From the NCBI GenBank assembly GCA_032654565.1, contig JAULAX010000005.1, forward strand, positions 32,001 to 96,000: a DNA stretch of 64,000 nt, given 5' to 3'. Source of the DNA: Anaeromyxobacteraceae bacterium (lineage in GTDB: Bacteria > Myxococcota > Myxococcia > Myxococcales > Anaeromyxobacteraceae). This document shows, in pieces, positions 8,374-18,957 of the stretch (the first letter of the stretch is position 1; each line of letters begins with the position of its first letter). The notes under the pieces were generated by a model, which was not told the origin of the DNA, did not search any database, and worked only from the letters and a program-made list of their open reading frames with translations. Made by a program: the position numbers and the translations under genes.

Positions 8374-9180
8374 GTGACCCGACACCTGACCGCCGCCCCG
8401 CCTTCGCTCCGGCTCGACGCCGACCAGGCCGCGCTCCGGCGGCGCCGCGCCGCCGGGTCCGCCTTCTCCGCCGTCTCCGCCCTCTCCGCCCGACCGTTGG
8501 CCCTGGCCCTGGTTCTGGCCCTGGTCCCGGCCTGGAGCGACGCGCAGGAGGCCGCCCTCCCCGCCCCGCCGGCCTGCGAGGCCACCGCGGGCGACGAGCC
8601 GGACTCCCCACCTCCTCCCCCCGCCCCGCCCCACCTCCACCGCGACTGGTACGGCGGGCTCGAGCTCGGCCTGGCCGACGCCACCGCCGGCGGCGCCGGC
8701 GCCGGCAAGTACTACTCGCTCTCCCAGCTCAACGGCGGCGCCCCGGTGAGGCCCCTGGCCCTCGGCCTCCGGGTGGGCCGCGCGGTGGGGCACCACCTGC
8801 GGCTCGGGCTGGCGCTGGTCCAGGTGGTGGCCCTCGCCGAGCAGGGGACCATCTCCAGCAGCGCCTCGGTGGGCCGGTTCGGGGCCGAGCTCTCCTGGCT
8901 CCCGCGCGGCGACGGCCCCTTCCTGCGGGGCGAGCTGGGCATCGGCTGGCTCCAGCTCTCGGGCGACGAGCGCCACGTCGTCCCGGGGCGCGGCGTCGGC
9001 CGCCACGGGCCGGCGCTGACCGCCGGCGGCGGCTACCGGTTGGCGCTCCCGCGGATCATCAACAGCCACCTGGTCGCCAGCGCCGACCTCTCCTATGCCC
9101 GCTACACCGACTCCAGCCGGCTGGGCGGGAAGCTGGCCTGGTCGCTGGCCTGGATCGGCCGGGTCGGCTTCGAGCTCTGA
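8374..9180 (+). CDS. Putative outer-membrane beta-barrel protein (start uncertain)
   Basis: Signal-like hydrophobic stretch, Pro linker, then alternating amphipathic strands (WYGGLELG, PFLRGELGIG, GGGYRL) and C-terminal RVGFEL. Confidence 0.55.
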   Translation: MTRHLTAAPPSLRLDADQAALRRRRAAGSAFSAVSALSARPLALALVLALVPAWSDAQEAALPAPPACEATAGDEPDSPPPPPAPPHLHRDWYGGLELGLADATAGGAGAGKYYSLSQLNGGAPVRPLALGLRVGRAVGHHLRLGLALVQVVALAEQGTISSSASVGRFGAELSWLPRGDGPFLRGELGIGWLQLSGDERHVVPGRGVGRHGPALTAGGGYRLALPRIINSHLVASADLSYARYTDSSRLGGKLAWSLAWIGRVGFEL

Positions 9181-9188
9181 GAGCCGGC

Positions 9189-9662
9189 TCAACAGCCATC
9201 GAGCCGCTGCACCTCGATGGTGCGGCAGGCGCTGAAGCCGTCCCCATCCTCGGCCTCCAGCTCGATGCGGTTGGTGCCGATGGCGAGCGGCACGGTGACG
9301 CCGAAGGAGGGGCCGGCGCAGCCGGTGGCCGCGAAGGGCCAGCAGCTGGTGGTCTGGAAGGTCCCCGGGACCTGGCCGGTCTCGCCGGTGGCCAGGTTGC
9401 GCCAGCTGACCTGGACCGTCCAGGGGGGCGGGCAGGGCTCGCCACACGCCGCCCCGGAGAAGGAGGAGAAGGCCACCCCGGAGAAGCCGACGCTGGCGGC
9501 GCAGCTCGGGGCCAGGGTCCCGGTGATCTCGATCTGGGCGGGATCGAGCGTGCAGCGCAGCCGATCGCTCCCCAGGTTGCACCCGCCGGCCCAGAAAGAG
9601 AGGGCGGCGGCCGCGGCGCGGACACCCCAGGCGCGGCGCGGAAAGACCCGGGCGCTGGGCAT
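9189..9662 (-). CDS. Cys-rich hypothetical lipoprotein (Ig-like C-terminus)
   Basis: Lipobox-like AGGC. VPLAIGTNRIELEAED resembles Ig-like/glucodextranase-type strands. Confidence 0.55.
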   Translation of the reverse strand: MPSARVFPRRAWGVRAAAAALSFWAGGCNLGSDRLRCTLDPAQIEITGTLAPSCAASVGFSGVAFSSFSGAACGEPCPPPWTVQVSWRNLATGETGQVPGTFQTTSCWPFAATGCAGPSFGVTVPLAIGTNRIELEAEDGDGFSACRTIEVQRLDGC

Positions 9663-9757
9663 GGCGCCAGCCTATCAGGCCGGGGCCGGGGCTGCCCGGC
9701 CGGGTTCCCGCAGAGGGAAACTGGCTCGCCCCCCCGGAACGTGGTCAAATGAGCCAC

Positions 9758-10219
9758 ATGCCGACGATCCGGCCCAAGACCATCGCCGCGAAAAAGCCCG
9801 TGGCCAAGGCGCCTGCTGCGCGCCCCGACCCGAGCAACGCGCCGCTCACCGAGAAGCTGAACGTGAAGCCAGGCACCACCATCGTGGTGCTGGGGGCCCC
9901 GGCCGGCTATCGCCAGAAGCTCGGGCCACTGCCCGAGGGCGCCCGGCTGGTGAACGTGGTCCCGGCCGAGGCGGCCTTCGTCCACCTCTTCGCCCGCGAC
10001 GGCGCCGCCCTCTCCTCCCGCCTCCGCGAGGTGTCGCCGCGCCTCACCGCCGACGCCACCGTCTGGATCAGCTTCCCCAAGGCCGACTCGGGCGCCGGCT
10101 CCGACCTGAGCCGCGAGAAGATCCGCGCCCTGGCCGGTCCCTTCGGCCTCGAGCCGGTGGCGGTCATCGCCCTCGACAAGATCTGGGCCGGGCTCCGCTT
10201 CAAGCGCGTCCCCAAGTAG
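9758..10219 (+). CDS. DUF3052-like protein
   Basis: PLTEKLNVKPG, WISFPK, V.V.ALD.IWAGLRF pattern. Alternative ATG at 9749. Confidence 0.7.
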   Translation: MPTIRPKTIAAKKPVAKAPAARPDPSNAPLTEKLNVKPGTTIVVLGAPAGYRQKLGPLPEGARLVNVVPAEAAFVHLFARDGAALSSRLREVSPRLTADATVWISFPKADSGAGSDLSREKIRALAGPFGLEPVAVIALDKIWAGLRFKRVPK

Positions 10220-10242
10220 GCGGACCGCGCGGCGCCGCCGGC

Positions 10243-11157
10243 CTACCCCGGCAGCGGCAGCTCCACCACCAGCCCATCGTTGGCCACCTCGACGGCGGCG
10301 AACTCCTCGCGCGCCTGCTGCAGCAGGGTGGCGGTGTCGCGGTCGTAGCGCGTCGAGAGGTGGGTGAGGATGAGCCGGCCCACGCCCGCCTCCCGCGCCA
10401 CCCGGGCAGCCTCCCGCGCCGTGGCGTGCAGGGTCTCGACCGCCCGCGCCGCCTCGGCGTCGCCGAAGGTGGAGTCGTGGACCAGCAGGTCGGCCCCGCG
10501 GGCCGCCGCCACCGTGGCGGCGCAGGGGCGGGTGTCGCCGGTGAGCACCACCTTGCGGCCGCGCCGGGGGGCGTCCACCACCTGCCCGGGCTCGACGCGC
10601 CGGCCGTCGGGCAGCACCACCGCGCGGCCGTGCTGCAGCTCGCCGAAGAGCGGCCCCGGGGGCACCCCCAGGGCCACGGCGCGGTCGGTGTGGAAGCGGC
10701 CGGGCCGGTCGTCCTCGACCAGCGCCCAGCCGCAGGAGCTGAGCTTGTGCTCGGTGGCGAAGCTCACCAGCCGGCAGCCGTCGCGGCGCACCTCGTCGCC
10801 CGGCGACACCTCGTGGATGCGCACCTCGAAGGTGAGCTTCTCGACGCCGGCGAAGAGCATGGTGTCGAGCAGCTTGCGGGCCGGCTTCGGGCCGTAGATG
10901 TCGAGCGGCTCGGCCCGGTCCTGCATGGAGAGGGTCCGCAGGAAGCCGATGGCGCCGAGGTAGTGGTCGGCGTGGAAGTGGGTGAAGCAGATGGCGGCCA
11001 CGTCGAAGCCGGTGCCGTAGCGGATCATCTGCCGCTGCGTCCCCTCCCCGCAGTCCACCAGGAACAGCTCGCGCTCCCGCCGCAGCGCGTGGCCGGTCAG
11101 GTTGCGCCCGATGGTGGGCTGGGCGGCCGAGGTGCCGAGGAAGGTGAGCCGGAGCAT
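10243..11157 (-). CDS. rnz: Ribonuclease Z
   Basis: FLGTSAAQPT, DCGEGTQRQ, THFHADH (MBL motif), GVPPGP exosite, GDTRP, THLSTRY. Confidence 0.95.
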   Translation of the reverse strand: MLRLTFLGTSAAQPTIGRNLTGHALRRERELFLVDCGEGTQRQMIRYGTGFDVAAICFTHFHADHYLGAIGFLRTLSMQDRAEPLDIYGPKPARKLLDTMLFAGVEKLTFEVRIHEVSPGDEVRRDGCRLVSFATEHKLSSCGWALVEDDRPGRFHTDRAVALGVPPGPLFGELQHGRAVVLPDGRRVEPGQVVDAPRRGRKVVLTGDTRPCAATVAAARGADLLVHDSTFGDAEAARAVETLHATAREAARVAREAGVGRLILTHLSTRYDRDTATLLQQAREEFAAVEVANDGLVVELPLPG

Positions 11158-11202
11158 GGGGAGCGGCCCGGCGCGGCGCGACAGGCGCCGGCGGCGGGGC
11201 GG

Positions 11203-11850
11203 CTAGGCCTTGGGGACCTTCTCCCAGTCGGCGAGGAACTGCTTCAGCCCCTTGTCGGTGAGCGGGTGCTGGGCCAGCTGCTCGATCACCTTGTAGGGGA
11301 TGGTGGCGACGTCGGCGCCGATGCGGGCCGACTGCAGCACGTGGATGGGGTGGCGGACGCTGGCCACCAGCACCTGGGTCTTGAAGCCGTAGTTCGAGTA
11401 GATCTCCACGATCTGCTCGATGAGCTGCATGCCGTCCTCGGAGATGTCGTCGAGCCGGCCCACGAAGGGAGAGATGTAGGTGGCCCCGGCCTTGGCGGCC
11501 AGCAGCGCCTGCACCGCCGAGAAGCAGAGCGTGACGTTGGTCTTGATGCCGCGCCCGGAGAGGACCTTGACCGCCTTGAGCCCCTCGACGATGAGCGGCA
11601 CCTTGATGACGATGTCGGGGCCGAAGCCGACCAGGTGCTCGGCCTCCTTGAGCATGCCCTCGCAGTCGAGCGCCGTGACCTCGGCGCTGATGGGGCCGGG
11701 CTTGAGGGCCACGATCTCGCGGAGGACGTCGTCGAACTTCCGGCCGGTCTTGGCCACCAGCGAGGGGTTGGTGGTGACGCCGTCGCAGAGGCCGAGCGCC
11801 AGCGCCTTCTTGATCTCGCCGAGGTCCGCCGAGTCGATGAAGAACTTCAT
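11203..11850 (-). CDS. fsa: Fructose-6-phosphate aldolase / small transaldolase
   Basis: [46 protein letters not shown]. Confidence 0.93.
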   Translation of the reverse strand: MKFFIDSADLGEIKKALALGLCDGVTTNPSLVAKTGRKFDDVLREIVALKPGPISAEVTALDCEGMLKEAEHLVGFGPDIVIKVPLIVEGLKAVKVLSGRGIKTNVTLCFSAVQALLAAKAGATYISPFVGRLDDISEDGMQLIEQIVEIYSNYGFKTQVLVASVRHPIHVLQSARIGADVATIPYKVIEQLAQHPLTDKGLKQFLADWEKVPKA

Positions 11851-11943
11851 CTGGTGAGTCTCCGGGGAAGGTGGGGAGGCACCGCCATAGCGCACCGGCG
11901 AGGGCGCCCGCAAGCGGGGCCGTCGTGCCATACTGCCGGCCCC

Positions 11944-13026
11944 ATGCCGAAGCGCCGCCCCACCCGCGCCCCCCGCCCCCGCCGAGCCGGGACCACCCCC
12001 GGGACCCCCCGGCGCCGCCCCGCCGCCCCCCCCCCGGCCCTCCGCCCCGTCCCCGCCCGCCGCTCCCGGGCCCTCGTCGACTACGGGCTGACCGTGCTCT
12101 CCGCCGAGGCCGCCGCCATCGGCCGGGTCCGGCTGGGCGAGCCGTTCGCGCGGGCCGTGGAGTGGATCCTCGGCTGCACCGGCCGGGTGGTGATCACCGG
12201 CATGGGGAAGCCCGGCTTCGTGGCCCAGAAGATCTCGGCGACGCTGGCCTCCACCGGCACCCCCTCCCACTTCGTCCACCCCGCCGAGGCGGCCCACGGC
12301 GACCTCGGGCGCATCGCCCGGGAGGACGTGGTCATCGCCCTCTCCAACTCCGGCGAGACCGAGGAGCTGCTGCGGCTGCTGCCGGCGCTCAAGAAGATCG
12401 GCGCCCGCATCGTGGCCGTCACCCGGGACAGCGCCAACCCGCTGGCCCGCGGCGCCGACCTGGTCATCGCCATCGGCAACGTCGAGGAGGCCTGCCCCAT
12501 GGGGCTGGCCCCCACCGCCTCCACCGCGGTGCTGCTGGCGGTGGGCGACGCCCTGGCCATGACGGTGCTGGAGAGCCGCGACTTCTCCAAGGAGGAGTAC
12601 GCGCTCTTCCACCCCGGCGGCAAGCTGGGGCGCGGCCTGATGAAGGTGCAGGAGCTGATGCGGCAGGGCGAGGCCTGCCCGCTGGTGGCCGAGTCGGCGC
12701 CGCTCAGCGCCGCGGTGGCGGTGATGACCGGGACCCCGGGGCGCCCCGGCGCCACCGGCGTCCACGACGCCGCCGGCAAGCTGGTCGGCATCTTCACCGA
12801 CGGTGACCTGCGCCGGCTGGTGGAGCTGGGCCACACCGACTTCACCCGCCCGGTGGCGGTGGCCATGGGGCGGAACCCCCGCACCATCCGGCCCGGCGAC
12901 CTGCTGGTCGACGCCGCCCGGGTGCTGCGCGAGGCCCGCATCGACCAGGTGCCGGTGGTCGACGGCGAGGGGCGGATGGTCGGCCTGCTCGACGTGCAGG
13001 ACCTGCTGGCCGCCAAGATCCTGTGA
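11944..13026 (+). CDS. kdsD: Arabinose-5-phosphate isomerase (KpsF/GutQ, SIS+CBS)
   Basis: [54 protein letters not shown]. Confidence 0.93.
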   Translation: MPKRRPTRAPRPRRAGTTPGTPRRRPAAPPPALRPVPARRSRALVDYGLTVLSAEAAAIGRVRLGEPFARAVEWILGCTGRVVITGMGKPGFVAQKISATLASTGTPSHFVHPAEAAHGDLGRIAREDVVIALSNSGETEELLRLLPALKKIGARIVAVTRDSANPLARGADLVIAIGNVEEACPMGLAPTASTAVLLAVGDALAMTVLESRDFSKEEYALFHPGGKLGRGLMKVQELMRQGEACPLVAESAPLSAAVAVMTGTPGRPGATGVHDAAGKLVGIFTDGDLRRLVELGHTDFTRPVAVAMGRNPRTIRPGDLLVDAARVLREARIDQVPVVDGEGRMVGLLDVQDLLAAKIL

Positions 13027-13673
13027 CCGGGGACGCCGCCCTCCGCCTCGCCCTCTGCGCCGCCGGCCGCCGGCTGCTGCAGGCCGACCTGATCGCCGCC
13101 GCCGAGGGCAACCTCTCCGCCCGGCTCCCCGGCGGCACCTTCCTCATCACCCCCTCCGGCGTCTCCAAGGCGGCGCTGGAGCCGGGCCAGTTGCTGGAGG
13201 TGGACGCCGCCGGGCGGGTGATCCGCGGCGCCGGCCGCCCCTCCACCGAGCTGCCCATGCACCTTTGCGCCTACGCCGCCCGGCCCGACGCCATGGCGCT
13301 GGTCCACGCCCACCCCATCACCGCGGTGGCCTTCACCATCGCCGGCGCGCCCTGGCCGGGGGATCTCGTCCCCGAGGCGGCGGTGACGCTGGGGCCGGTG
13401 GCGGTGGCGCCGTTCGCCACCCCCGGCACCGCCGAGGTGCCGGCCTCGCTGGCGCCGCTCCTGCCCCACCACGACGTCTTCCTGCTGGCCCGCCACGGCG
13501 CGCTCTGCCTCGGCGCCACCGTCGACGAGGCGCTGGGGCGGATGGAGACGCTGGAGCGGGTGGCCCGCATGGCGCTGATCGCCGGCGCGCTGGGACGCTG
13601 CCAGCCGCTGCCGCCCGCCGCCGTCGACGCCGTGCTGCGGGCCGCCGGCAAGGCGCCCCGAGGCGGAGAGTGA
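13023..13673 (+). CDS. Class II aldolase/adducin family protein
   Basis: [31 protein letters not shown]. Confidence 0.9.
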   Translation: MTGDAALRLALCAAGRRLLQADLIAAAEGNLSARLPGGTFLITPSGVSKAALEPGQLLEVDAAGRVIRGAGRPSTELPMHLCAYAARPDAMALVHAHPITAVAFTIAGAPWPGDLVPEAAVTLGPVAVAPFATPGTAEVPASLAPLLPHHDVFLLARHGALCLGATVDEALGRMETLERVARMALIAGALGRCQPLPPAAVDAVLRAAGKAPRGGE

Positions 13674-13755
13674 CGGTGCGGCGCGCCCGGACCGGCCCCG
13701 GTGCTGGCACGGGCACCGACCCCGGCGTCGACTTCGGCCTCGGCCTCGGCGGAAC

Positions 13756-14340
13756 ATGAGCCGGCCCGAGCACGACGGCCTCTTCAAGCTGGGCCTTGGC
13801 GAGGGCGGCGCCGTCCCCTTCGCCGCCAGCCACGCCTGGCGGGTGGAGGACGATCCGCACGCCCCGCCCCGCCTGGTGGCCGCGCCCGACCGCGACCAGG
13901 TCGGCCTGCTCATCGAGCTGGCCCGCACCCTGCCGGCGCCGTTCCACGTCATCTACGTGGCGCTGGCGACCCGGGGGCTCCGCCCCACCGGCCGCTACCT
14001 GTCGATGGCGCCGCTGGGGCGGGAGGCGCTGGAGGGCTTCCTCTCCCGCTACCGGCCGTTCCTGGAGCGCGACGGCCGCCACCACCTCTGGATCGGCTGC
14101 GCCGACGAGCCCTCGACGCTGGTCTACGACCAGCACCAGCTGCTGCTGCTCTACGGCCGGCTCGAGGCCTACGCGCCGGTGCTGCGCGCCGCCGGGATGG
14201 GCGAGGGGCCGGTGCCGCCGACGCCCGAGCCGCACCGCCACCTGGTCCACCAGCCCTTCGACGCCGTCGAGAACGACCTGCTCGGCTCGCGGGGCTGGAC
14301 CTGGAACCCGCTCGAGCCGGGGGACGAGGAGGTCGAGTAG
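13756..14340 (+). CDS. Hypothetical protein
   Basis: 194-aa ORF with typical codon usage and globular composition. Confidence 0.65.
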   Translation: MSRPEHDGLFKLGLGEGGAVPFAASHAWRVEDDPHAPPRLVAAPDRDQVGLLIELARTLPAPFHVIYVALATRGLRPTGRYLSMAPLGREALEGFLSRYRPFLERDGRHHLWIGCADEPSTLVYDQHQLLLLYGRLEAYAPVLRAAGMGEGPVPPTPEPHRHLVHQPFDAVENDLLGSRGWTWNPLEPGDEEVE

Positions 14341-14343
14341 GGG

Positions 14344-14485
14344 GGCACGGGGCTCGTTCCAGGCCAGGACCCTGCGTGACGCTCGAAGGCGGCCGCGCCC
14401 CCGCCTCGCCGACCGACCCTGCGCTCCCTTCGCAGCGCCTCCCGGTCGTCCTCCGGCCGCGTTCGCAGGCGGAGCGCCGTGTGCC
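14344..14485 (+). other. Long rod-like hairpin in a convergent intergenic region (candidate structured RNA or repeat)
   Basis: Nested stems 14346-55/14472-81, 14371-82/14459-69 and 14388-95/14443-50 (two G-U pairs), plus apical hairpin 14421-25/14434-38. Confidence 0.45.
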
Positions 14486-14496
14486 AACGGCTCACC

Positions 14497-14985
14497 TCAC
14501 CCCGGATACCCCCCCACCTCCCGCAGCTCCCACTCCGGCGCCGCCGCCAGCAGCTCGGCCACCGTCCGGCCCGTCCCCGGCACCGCCCGCTCGGGGCAGA
14601 GCTCCGCCAGCGGCTGCAGCGCGAACCGCCGCTCCGCCAGGGCGCGGTGCGGCACCGTGAGGCCGGGCTCGGCCACCACCCGGTCGCCGAGCAGGAGCAG
14701 GTCGAGGTCGAGGGTGCGCGCCCCCCAGCGGACGTCGCGGCGGCGCCCGGCCACCCGCTCCACGGCGCGCAGCGCGGCCAGCAGCGCCTGCGGCGGCAGG
14801 GTGGTCTCCAGCTCCAGCGCGGCGTTCAGGTAGCGCGGCTGCGGCGGCCCCAGCGGCGCCGAGTCCCAGACCCGCGAGCCCCGCACCACCGCCACCCCGG
14901 GCGTGCCCCGCAGGGTCCGCGCCGCCAGCGCCAGGAAGGCCCAGCGATCACCGAGGTTGGCGCCGACGCCGACGAAGGCCCGCAT
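14497..14985 (-). CDS. folK: 2-amino-4-hydroxy-6-hydroxymethyldihydropteridine diphosphokinase
   Basis: VGVGANLGD, QPRYLNA, RWGARTLDLDLL, LTVPH..LAERRFALQPL. Confidence 0.95.
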   Translation of the reverse strand: MRAFVGVGANLGDRWAFLALAARTLRGTPGVAVVRGSRVWDSAPLGPPQPRYLNAALELETTLPPQALLAALRAVERVAGRRRDVRWGARTLDLDLLLLGDRVVAEPGLTVPHRALAERRFALQPLAELCPERAVPGTGRTVAELLAAAPEWELREVGGYPG

Positions 14986-15142
14986 GGTGCCGGTGTAGCC
15001 CAGCGGGCCGCAACGCGCCAGCGCGCCCCGGCCGGGCCTGCGCCGCCACACCGGGGCGCGGTAGACTGCGGTCGCCGACGCACCGGAGGCCTCCCTGCCC
15101 ACCTTCCGCCCACCCGCCACGCGAGGCGCCCTGCTCGCCACC

Positions 15143-17263
15143 GTGCTCCGGCTCGGGCTGGCGCTGGCGGTGGGCGGCTGCGCCCGCGACCTCGAGCTGC
15201 CGGCGCCGCCGGCCGGACCGCGCCTCACCGGCCTGGCCCCGGCGCGCGCCTACTCCGGCGAGCTGATCGAGCTGCTGGGTGCCGGCTTCGCCCGCGATCC
15301 GGCCGGGAACGAGGTGGTCTTCCCCGGCGCCACCGCCCGCGGCGAGCGGCTCACCGCCACCGGACTGCTGGTCCGGGTCCCTCCCGACGCCGGGAGCGGC
15401 ACCCTGCGCGTCGCCACCGACGGCGGCACCAGCGCCCCGCTCGGCACCTTCACCTGGCTCGGCCACGGCCAGCTCCGGGTCGGGACGCTGCTGACCGCGC
15501 GGGTCCCCGTGGACCTCCAGGCCAGCCTGCTCCTGGCCGACGGCGACGCGCTGTTCGTCCACTCCGCCCTCCTCGACGGCCTGGTCCAGGTCGGCGACGA
15601 CTTCTTCATGCGCCCCTGCCCGCTCTCGACCATCCCGGCCGCCGCCGGCGGCGCGCTCACCTGGATCGGCGCCGACGACCTGCTCCATCGCCTCGACACC
15701 GCGACCGGGGTCGAGCTGGAGGTGGCGCTTGCCGACGCCGGGCTCGCCGCCTTGTCGCTGAGGCAGCTGGTGGCCCTGCCGGGCGGGCCGCTGGTGGCGG
15801 TGGGAAGTGAAGGGGTGGGCACGGTGCTGGCGCCGCTCGACCCGGCCACCCTGCTGCCGGCCGGCCTGCCGGCCCGCTTCGACCTGCTGCTCGACTCGGC
15901 CGTCGCCGCGCTGCCCGGTGGCCGCCTGGTCGCCGTGGCCCATTCCGGCGGCGGGCCCGGCCAGCTCCAGGTGATGTCCCTGTCCGGGGCCCTCACCACG
16001 CTGGCCACCCCCAGGGCCATCCAGCCGGTGGCCATCGAGCTGGCCACCGGGTCCTTGGGCGCCCAGGAGGTCATCGCCGTCACCACCGTCAACGGCAGCT
16101 TCGACGTGGTGACCGCCGACGGCGCGGTGGTGCGCAGCGACCCGTCCCTGACCACCTCGCAGGTGAGCGCGCTGGCCCTGGCCGGCGGCCTGGTGATGGC
16201 CGCCCGGGCCGACGACGGCACGGTGGTGGCCACCGACCTCGCCACCGGGTCGGGCTGGGGGCTGGCCACGACGCGGCCGACCCGCCTGGTGGTCGCGGGA
16301 CCGGTCCTCTGGGTGGCCAGCGACGTCGACAACGTGCTGGTGGCGCTCGACGCCGCCACCGGCGCCCTGCTGGCGCGCCGCGGGGTCTCGGTCGGGCCCG
16401 GCTCCGGGCTGCCGCTGGGAGGGCTGGCGCGCTCCGGCGACCGGCTCACCATGCTCACCGCCCACCCCGGGGCCCGCGTCGACCTCACCCTCCCCGGCTT
16501 CACCCCCACCGGCGAGCCGGCGCCGTTCCACCCCAGCCTGATCGCCGCCGACCCGGACACCGGCCGGCTCTGGATCGCCGGCGGCCCGCTGGTGAGCACG
16601 CTCGACGCGGCCTGGAGCGCCCCGGTCCCGGTGGCTGGCACCGTCCAGCGGCTGCTGGCCCTCGACGACGGCCTGGCGGTGGCCCACGACGCCGGCCTGG
16701 CCTGGGTCTCCCGGGCCGGGGTCGTCCACGAGCTGGTCGCCGACGCCTTCATCGCGCTGGCGCTGGCCAGCGATCGGCTTCACCGCCTGCTCTACGTCGC
16801 CACCGTGGGTGGCGTCGACACCGTGCTGGTCTACGGCGCAGGGGATCCGGCCGCAGGCGCGCCGCCGACGCTCCAGGCCACCATCCCCGGCCTGGGCATG
16901 GGCGCCATCTTCGTCGACGACCAGGCCTGGGTCTTCTACTACGACCTCGCCGGCGCCAGCTTCTCACCGCTGGCGGCCCGGCTCGACGACACCGGGGCCC
17001 TGGTCGACATCCGGCCGCGGAGCAACTCGGACAACGACAGCCTCCCCTCGCCCAACCGGCGGACGCTGGTCAGCTGGGACCGGGCCACGGTCCCCGGCGC
17101 CACCGGGGCCCTCCACGTCTGGTCGTCGGATCCCGCCACCGGCTTCGCGCCGCTCTCCTCGGTGGCCCTGCCCGCCAACGTCTCCGGGCTGGCCTTCGAT
17201 CCCTCCGGCGAGCGGCTCTACGTGGTGACCCGCGACCCCGACCTGCTGCTGGTGGTCGAGTAG
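15143..17263 (+). CDS. Large lipoprotein with IPT/TIG domain and beta-propeller repeats
   Basis: Lipobox AVGGC. IPT-like P.RAYSGELIELLGAGF...LLVRVP. C-terminal GLAFDPSGERLYV propeller blade. Start may be upstream (CTG at 15095). Confidence 0.65.
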   Translation: MLRLGLALAVGGCARDLELPAPPAGPRLTGLAPARAYSGELIELLGAGFARDPAGNEVVFPGATARGERLTATGLLVRVPPDAGSGTLRVATDGGTSAPLGTFTWLGHGQLRVGTLLTARVPVDLQASLLLADGDALFVHSALLDGLVQVGDDFFMRPCPLSTIPAAAGGALTWIGADDLLHRLDTATGVELEVALADAGLAALSLRQLVALPGGPLVAVGSEGVGTVLAPLDPATLLPAGLPARFDLLLDSAVAALPGGRLVAVAHSGGGPGQLQVMSLSGALTTLATPRAIQPVAIELATGSLGAQEVIAVTTVNGSFDVVTADGAVVRSDPSLTTSQVSALALAGGLVMAARADDGTVVATDLATGSGWGLATTRPTRLVVAGPVLWVASDVDNVLVALDAATGALLARRGVSVGPGSGLPLGGLARSGDRLTMLTAHPGARVDLTLPGFTPTGEPAPFHPSLIAADPDTGRLWIAGGPLVSTLDAAWSAPVPVAGTVQRLLALDDGLAVAHDAGLAWVSRAGVVHELVADAFIALALASDRLHRLLYVATVGGVDTVLVYGAGDPAAGAPPTLQATIPGLGMGAIFVDDQAWVFYYDLAGASFSPLAARLDDTGALVDIRPRSNSDNDSLPSPNRRTLVSWDRATVPGATGALHVWSSDPATGFAPLSSVALPANVSGLAFDPSGERLYVVTRDPDLLLVVE

Positions 17264-17343
17264 CCCGTCCGTGGCCCGCTGCAGCAGCGCCACCGCCGCG
17301 GCGACGCCGGGGGCGATGGGCCAGGCCGGGGACCCGGCGGCCT

Positions 17344-18096
17344 TCAGGTGACCGGGTTGCGCAGCAGCCCGAGCCCGGAGATCTCGACCTCCACCAGGTC
17401 GCCGGGCTGGACCCGCCCCACCCCCTCGGGCGTGCCGGTGGCCACCACGTCGCCGGGCCAGAGCGTCATGACGTTGGAGATGAAGGCCAGCAGGGCGTTG
17501 GTGTCGAAGACCATGTCGCGGGTGGAGCCGCGCTGCCGCTCCACCCCGTTGACGCGGCAGCTCACCCCCAGGTCGGCCGGGTCGAGGCTGGTGTCGATCC
17601 AGGGCCCCACCGGGCAGAAGGTGTCGAAGCCCTTGGCGCGGGTGAACTGCTTCTCCTCGCGCTGGATGTCACGGGCGGTGACGTCGTTGAGGCAGGTGAA
17701 GCCGAAGACGGCGTGGCGGGCCTCGGCGGCGCTGGCCCGGGAGAGGGCCCGGCCCACCACCACGCCCAGCTCGGCCTCGTGCTGCACGTCGACCGACTGG
17801 GGCGGGCAGCGGATGGCCTCGCCGGGGCCGATCACGGCGGAGGGCGGCTTGAGGAAGAGCAGCGGCTCACGGGGCACCTCGTTCCCCATCTCCCGGGCGT
17901 GGGCCTGGTAGTTGCGCCCCACGCAGACCACCTTGCTGGGGCGCACCGGCGCCAGCAGGGTGACCTCGGCGAGCGGCAGCGACTTGCCCACCGGCAGGCC
18001 GCCGGACCAGGGCTCGCCGTTGAGGGCCCGCACCTGGTCCCCCTCGACCACCCCCCAGAGCTCCTCGCCGCCGCGGCGGAAGCGGCAGGTCCTCAC
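17344..18096 (-). CDS. Fumarylacetoacetate hydrolase family protein
   Basis: [46 protein letters not shown]. Confidence 0.93.
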   Translation of the reverse strand: MRTCRFRRGGEELWGVVEGDQVRALNGEPWSGGLPVGKSLPLAEVTLLAPVRPSKVVCVGRNYQAHAREMGNEVPREPLLFLKPPSAVIGPGEAIRCPPQSVDVQHEAELGVVVGRALSRASAAEARHAVFGFTCLNDVTARDIQREEKQFTRAKGFDTFCPVGPWIDTSLDPADLGVSCRVNGVERQRGSTRDMVFDTNALLAFISNVMTLWPGDVVATGTPEGVGRVQPGDLVEVEISGLGLLRNPVT

Positions 18097-18908
18097 GGCC
18101 GCGCCCCCTTCCCGAAGCCGAGCACGTCGCCCATGTCGTAGAGCCCGGCCGGGCGCCCCGGCAGCCAGGCGGCGGCGCGCACGGCGCCGCGGGCGAACTG
18201 CTCCCGCGCGGTGGCCCGATGGGTCAGCTCCAGCCGCTCCCCCTCGCCGCAGAAGTAGACGGTGTGCTCGCCGACGATGTCGCCGCCGCGGACCGTCTGC
18301 ACGCCGATCTCGCGGGGCGGCCGCTCGCCGATCAGGCCGTGGCGGGCGAAGGCGAGATCGCGGGCGGCGTCGCGCCCCAGGGCCTCCACCGCCACCTCGG
18401 CCAGCTTCATGGCGGTGCCGCTGGGGGCGTCCTTCTTCCGCTTGTGGTGCAGCTCGACGATCTCCACGTCGTAGGCGTCCCCCAGCGCCGCGGCCGCCTG
18501 GCGGACCAGCTCGAAGAGCACGTTCACGCCCACGCTCATGTTGGGGGAGAGCAGCACCGGGATGCTGCGGGCCGCCGCCGCCACCCTGGCCCGGGCCTCG
18601 GGCGTGAAGCCGGTGGAGCCGATCACCAGCGGCACCCCGGCCGCGGCGCAGAGCTCGGCGTGGGCCACCGAGGCCTCGGAGCTGGTGAAGTCGATGACCA
18701 CCCCGGCGCCGGGCAGGGCCGCCCCCAGCGCCTCGACCACGGCGACGCCGCCGGCCGGCAGCCCGGCCAGCCCCAGGGCGTCCTGCCCGGCGCCGCCCGG
18801 GGCCCGGTCCACCGCCCCGTGCAGCCGCAGCGTGCTGGAGGCCGCCACCAGCCGGACGATCTCGCGCCCCATCCTGCCCGCGGCGCCGCTCACCACCACC
18901 TCGATCAT
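18093..18908 (-). CDS. dapB: 4-hydroxy-tetrahydrodipicolinate reductase
   Basis: [38 protein letters not shown]. Confidence 0.97.
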   Translation of the reverse strand: MIEVVVSGAAGRMGREIVRLVAASSTLRLHGAVDRAPGGAGQDALGLAGLPAGGVAVVEALGAALPGAGVVIDFTSSEASVAHAELCAAAGVPLVIGSTGFTPEARARVAAAARSIPVLLSPNMSVGVNVLFELVRQAAAALGDAYDVEIVELHHKRKKDAPSGTAMKLAEVAVEALGRDAARDLAFARHGLIGERPPREIGVQTVRGGDIVGEHTVYFCGEGERLELTHRATAREQFARGAVRAAAWLPGRPAGLYDMGDVLGFGKGARP

Positions 18909-18957
18909 CGGGCTCCTCCTGGATCGCCGTCCCGCAGCGGGCCGGCGCCGTGGCGCC

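Noticed and set aside
13690..13752. TGGCAC (possible sigma54 -24) and hexamer-like repeats before the 13756 gene
   Set aside because: No TTGC at -12. The repeats are short, degenerate and low-complexity.
14344..14485. Calling the rod-like hairpin 6S RNA
   Set aside because: It is shorter than typical, lacks a clear symmetric central bubble and lacks the usual zapA/ygfA context. Kept only as an unclassified structure.
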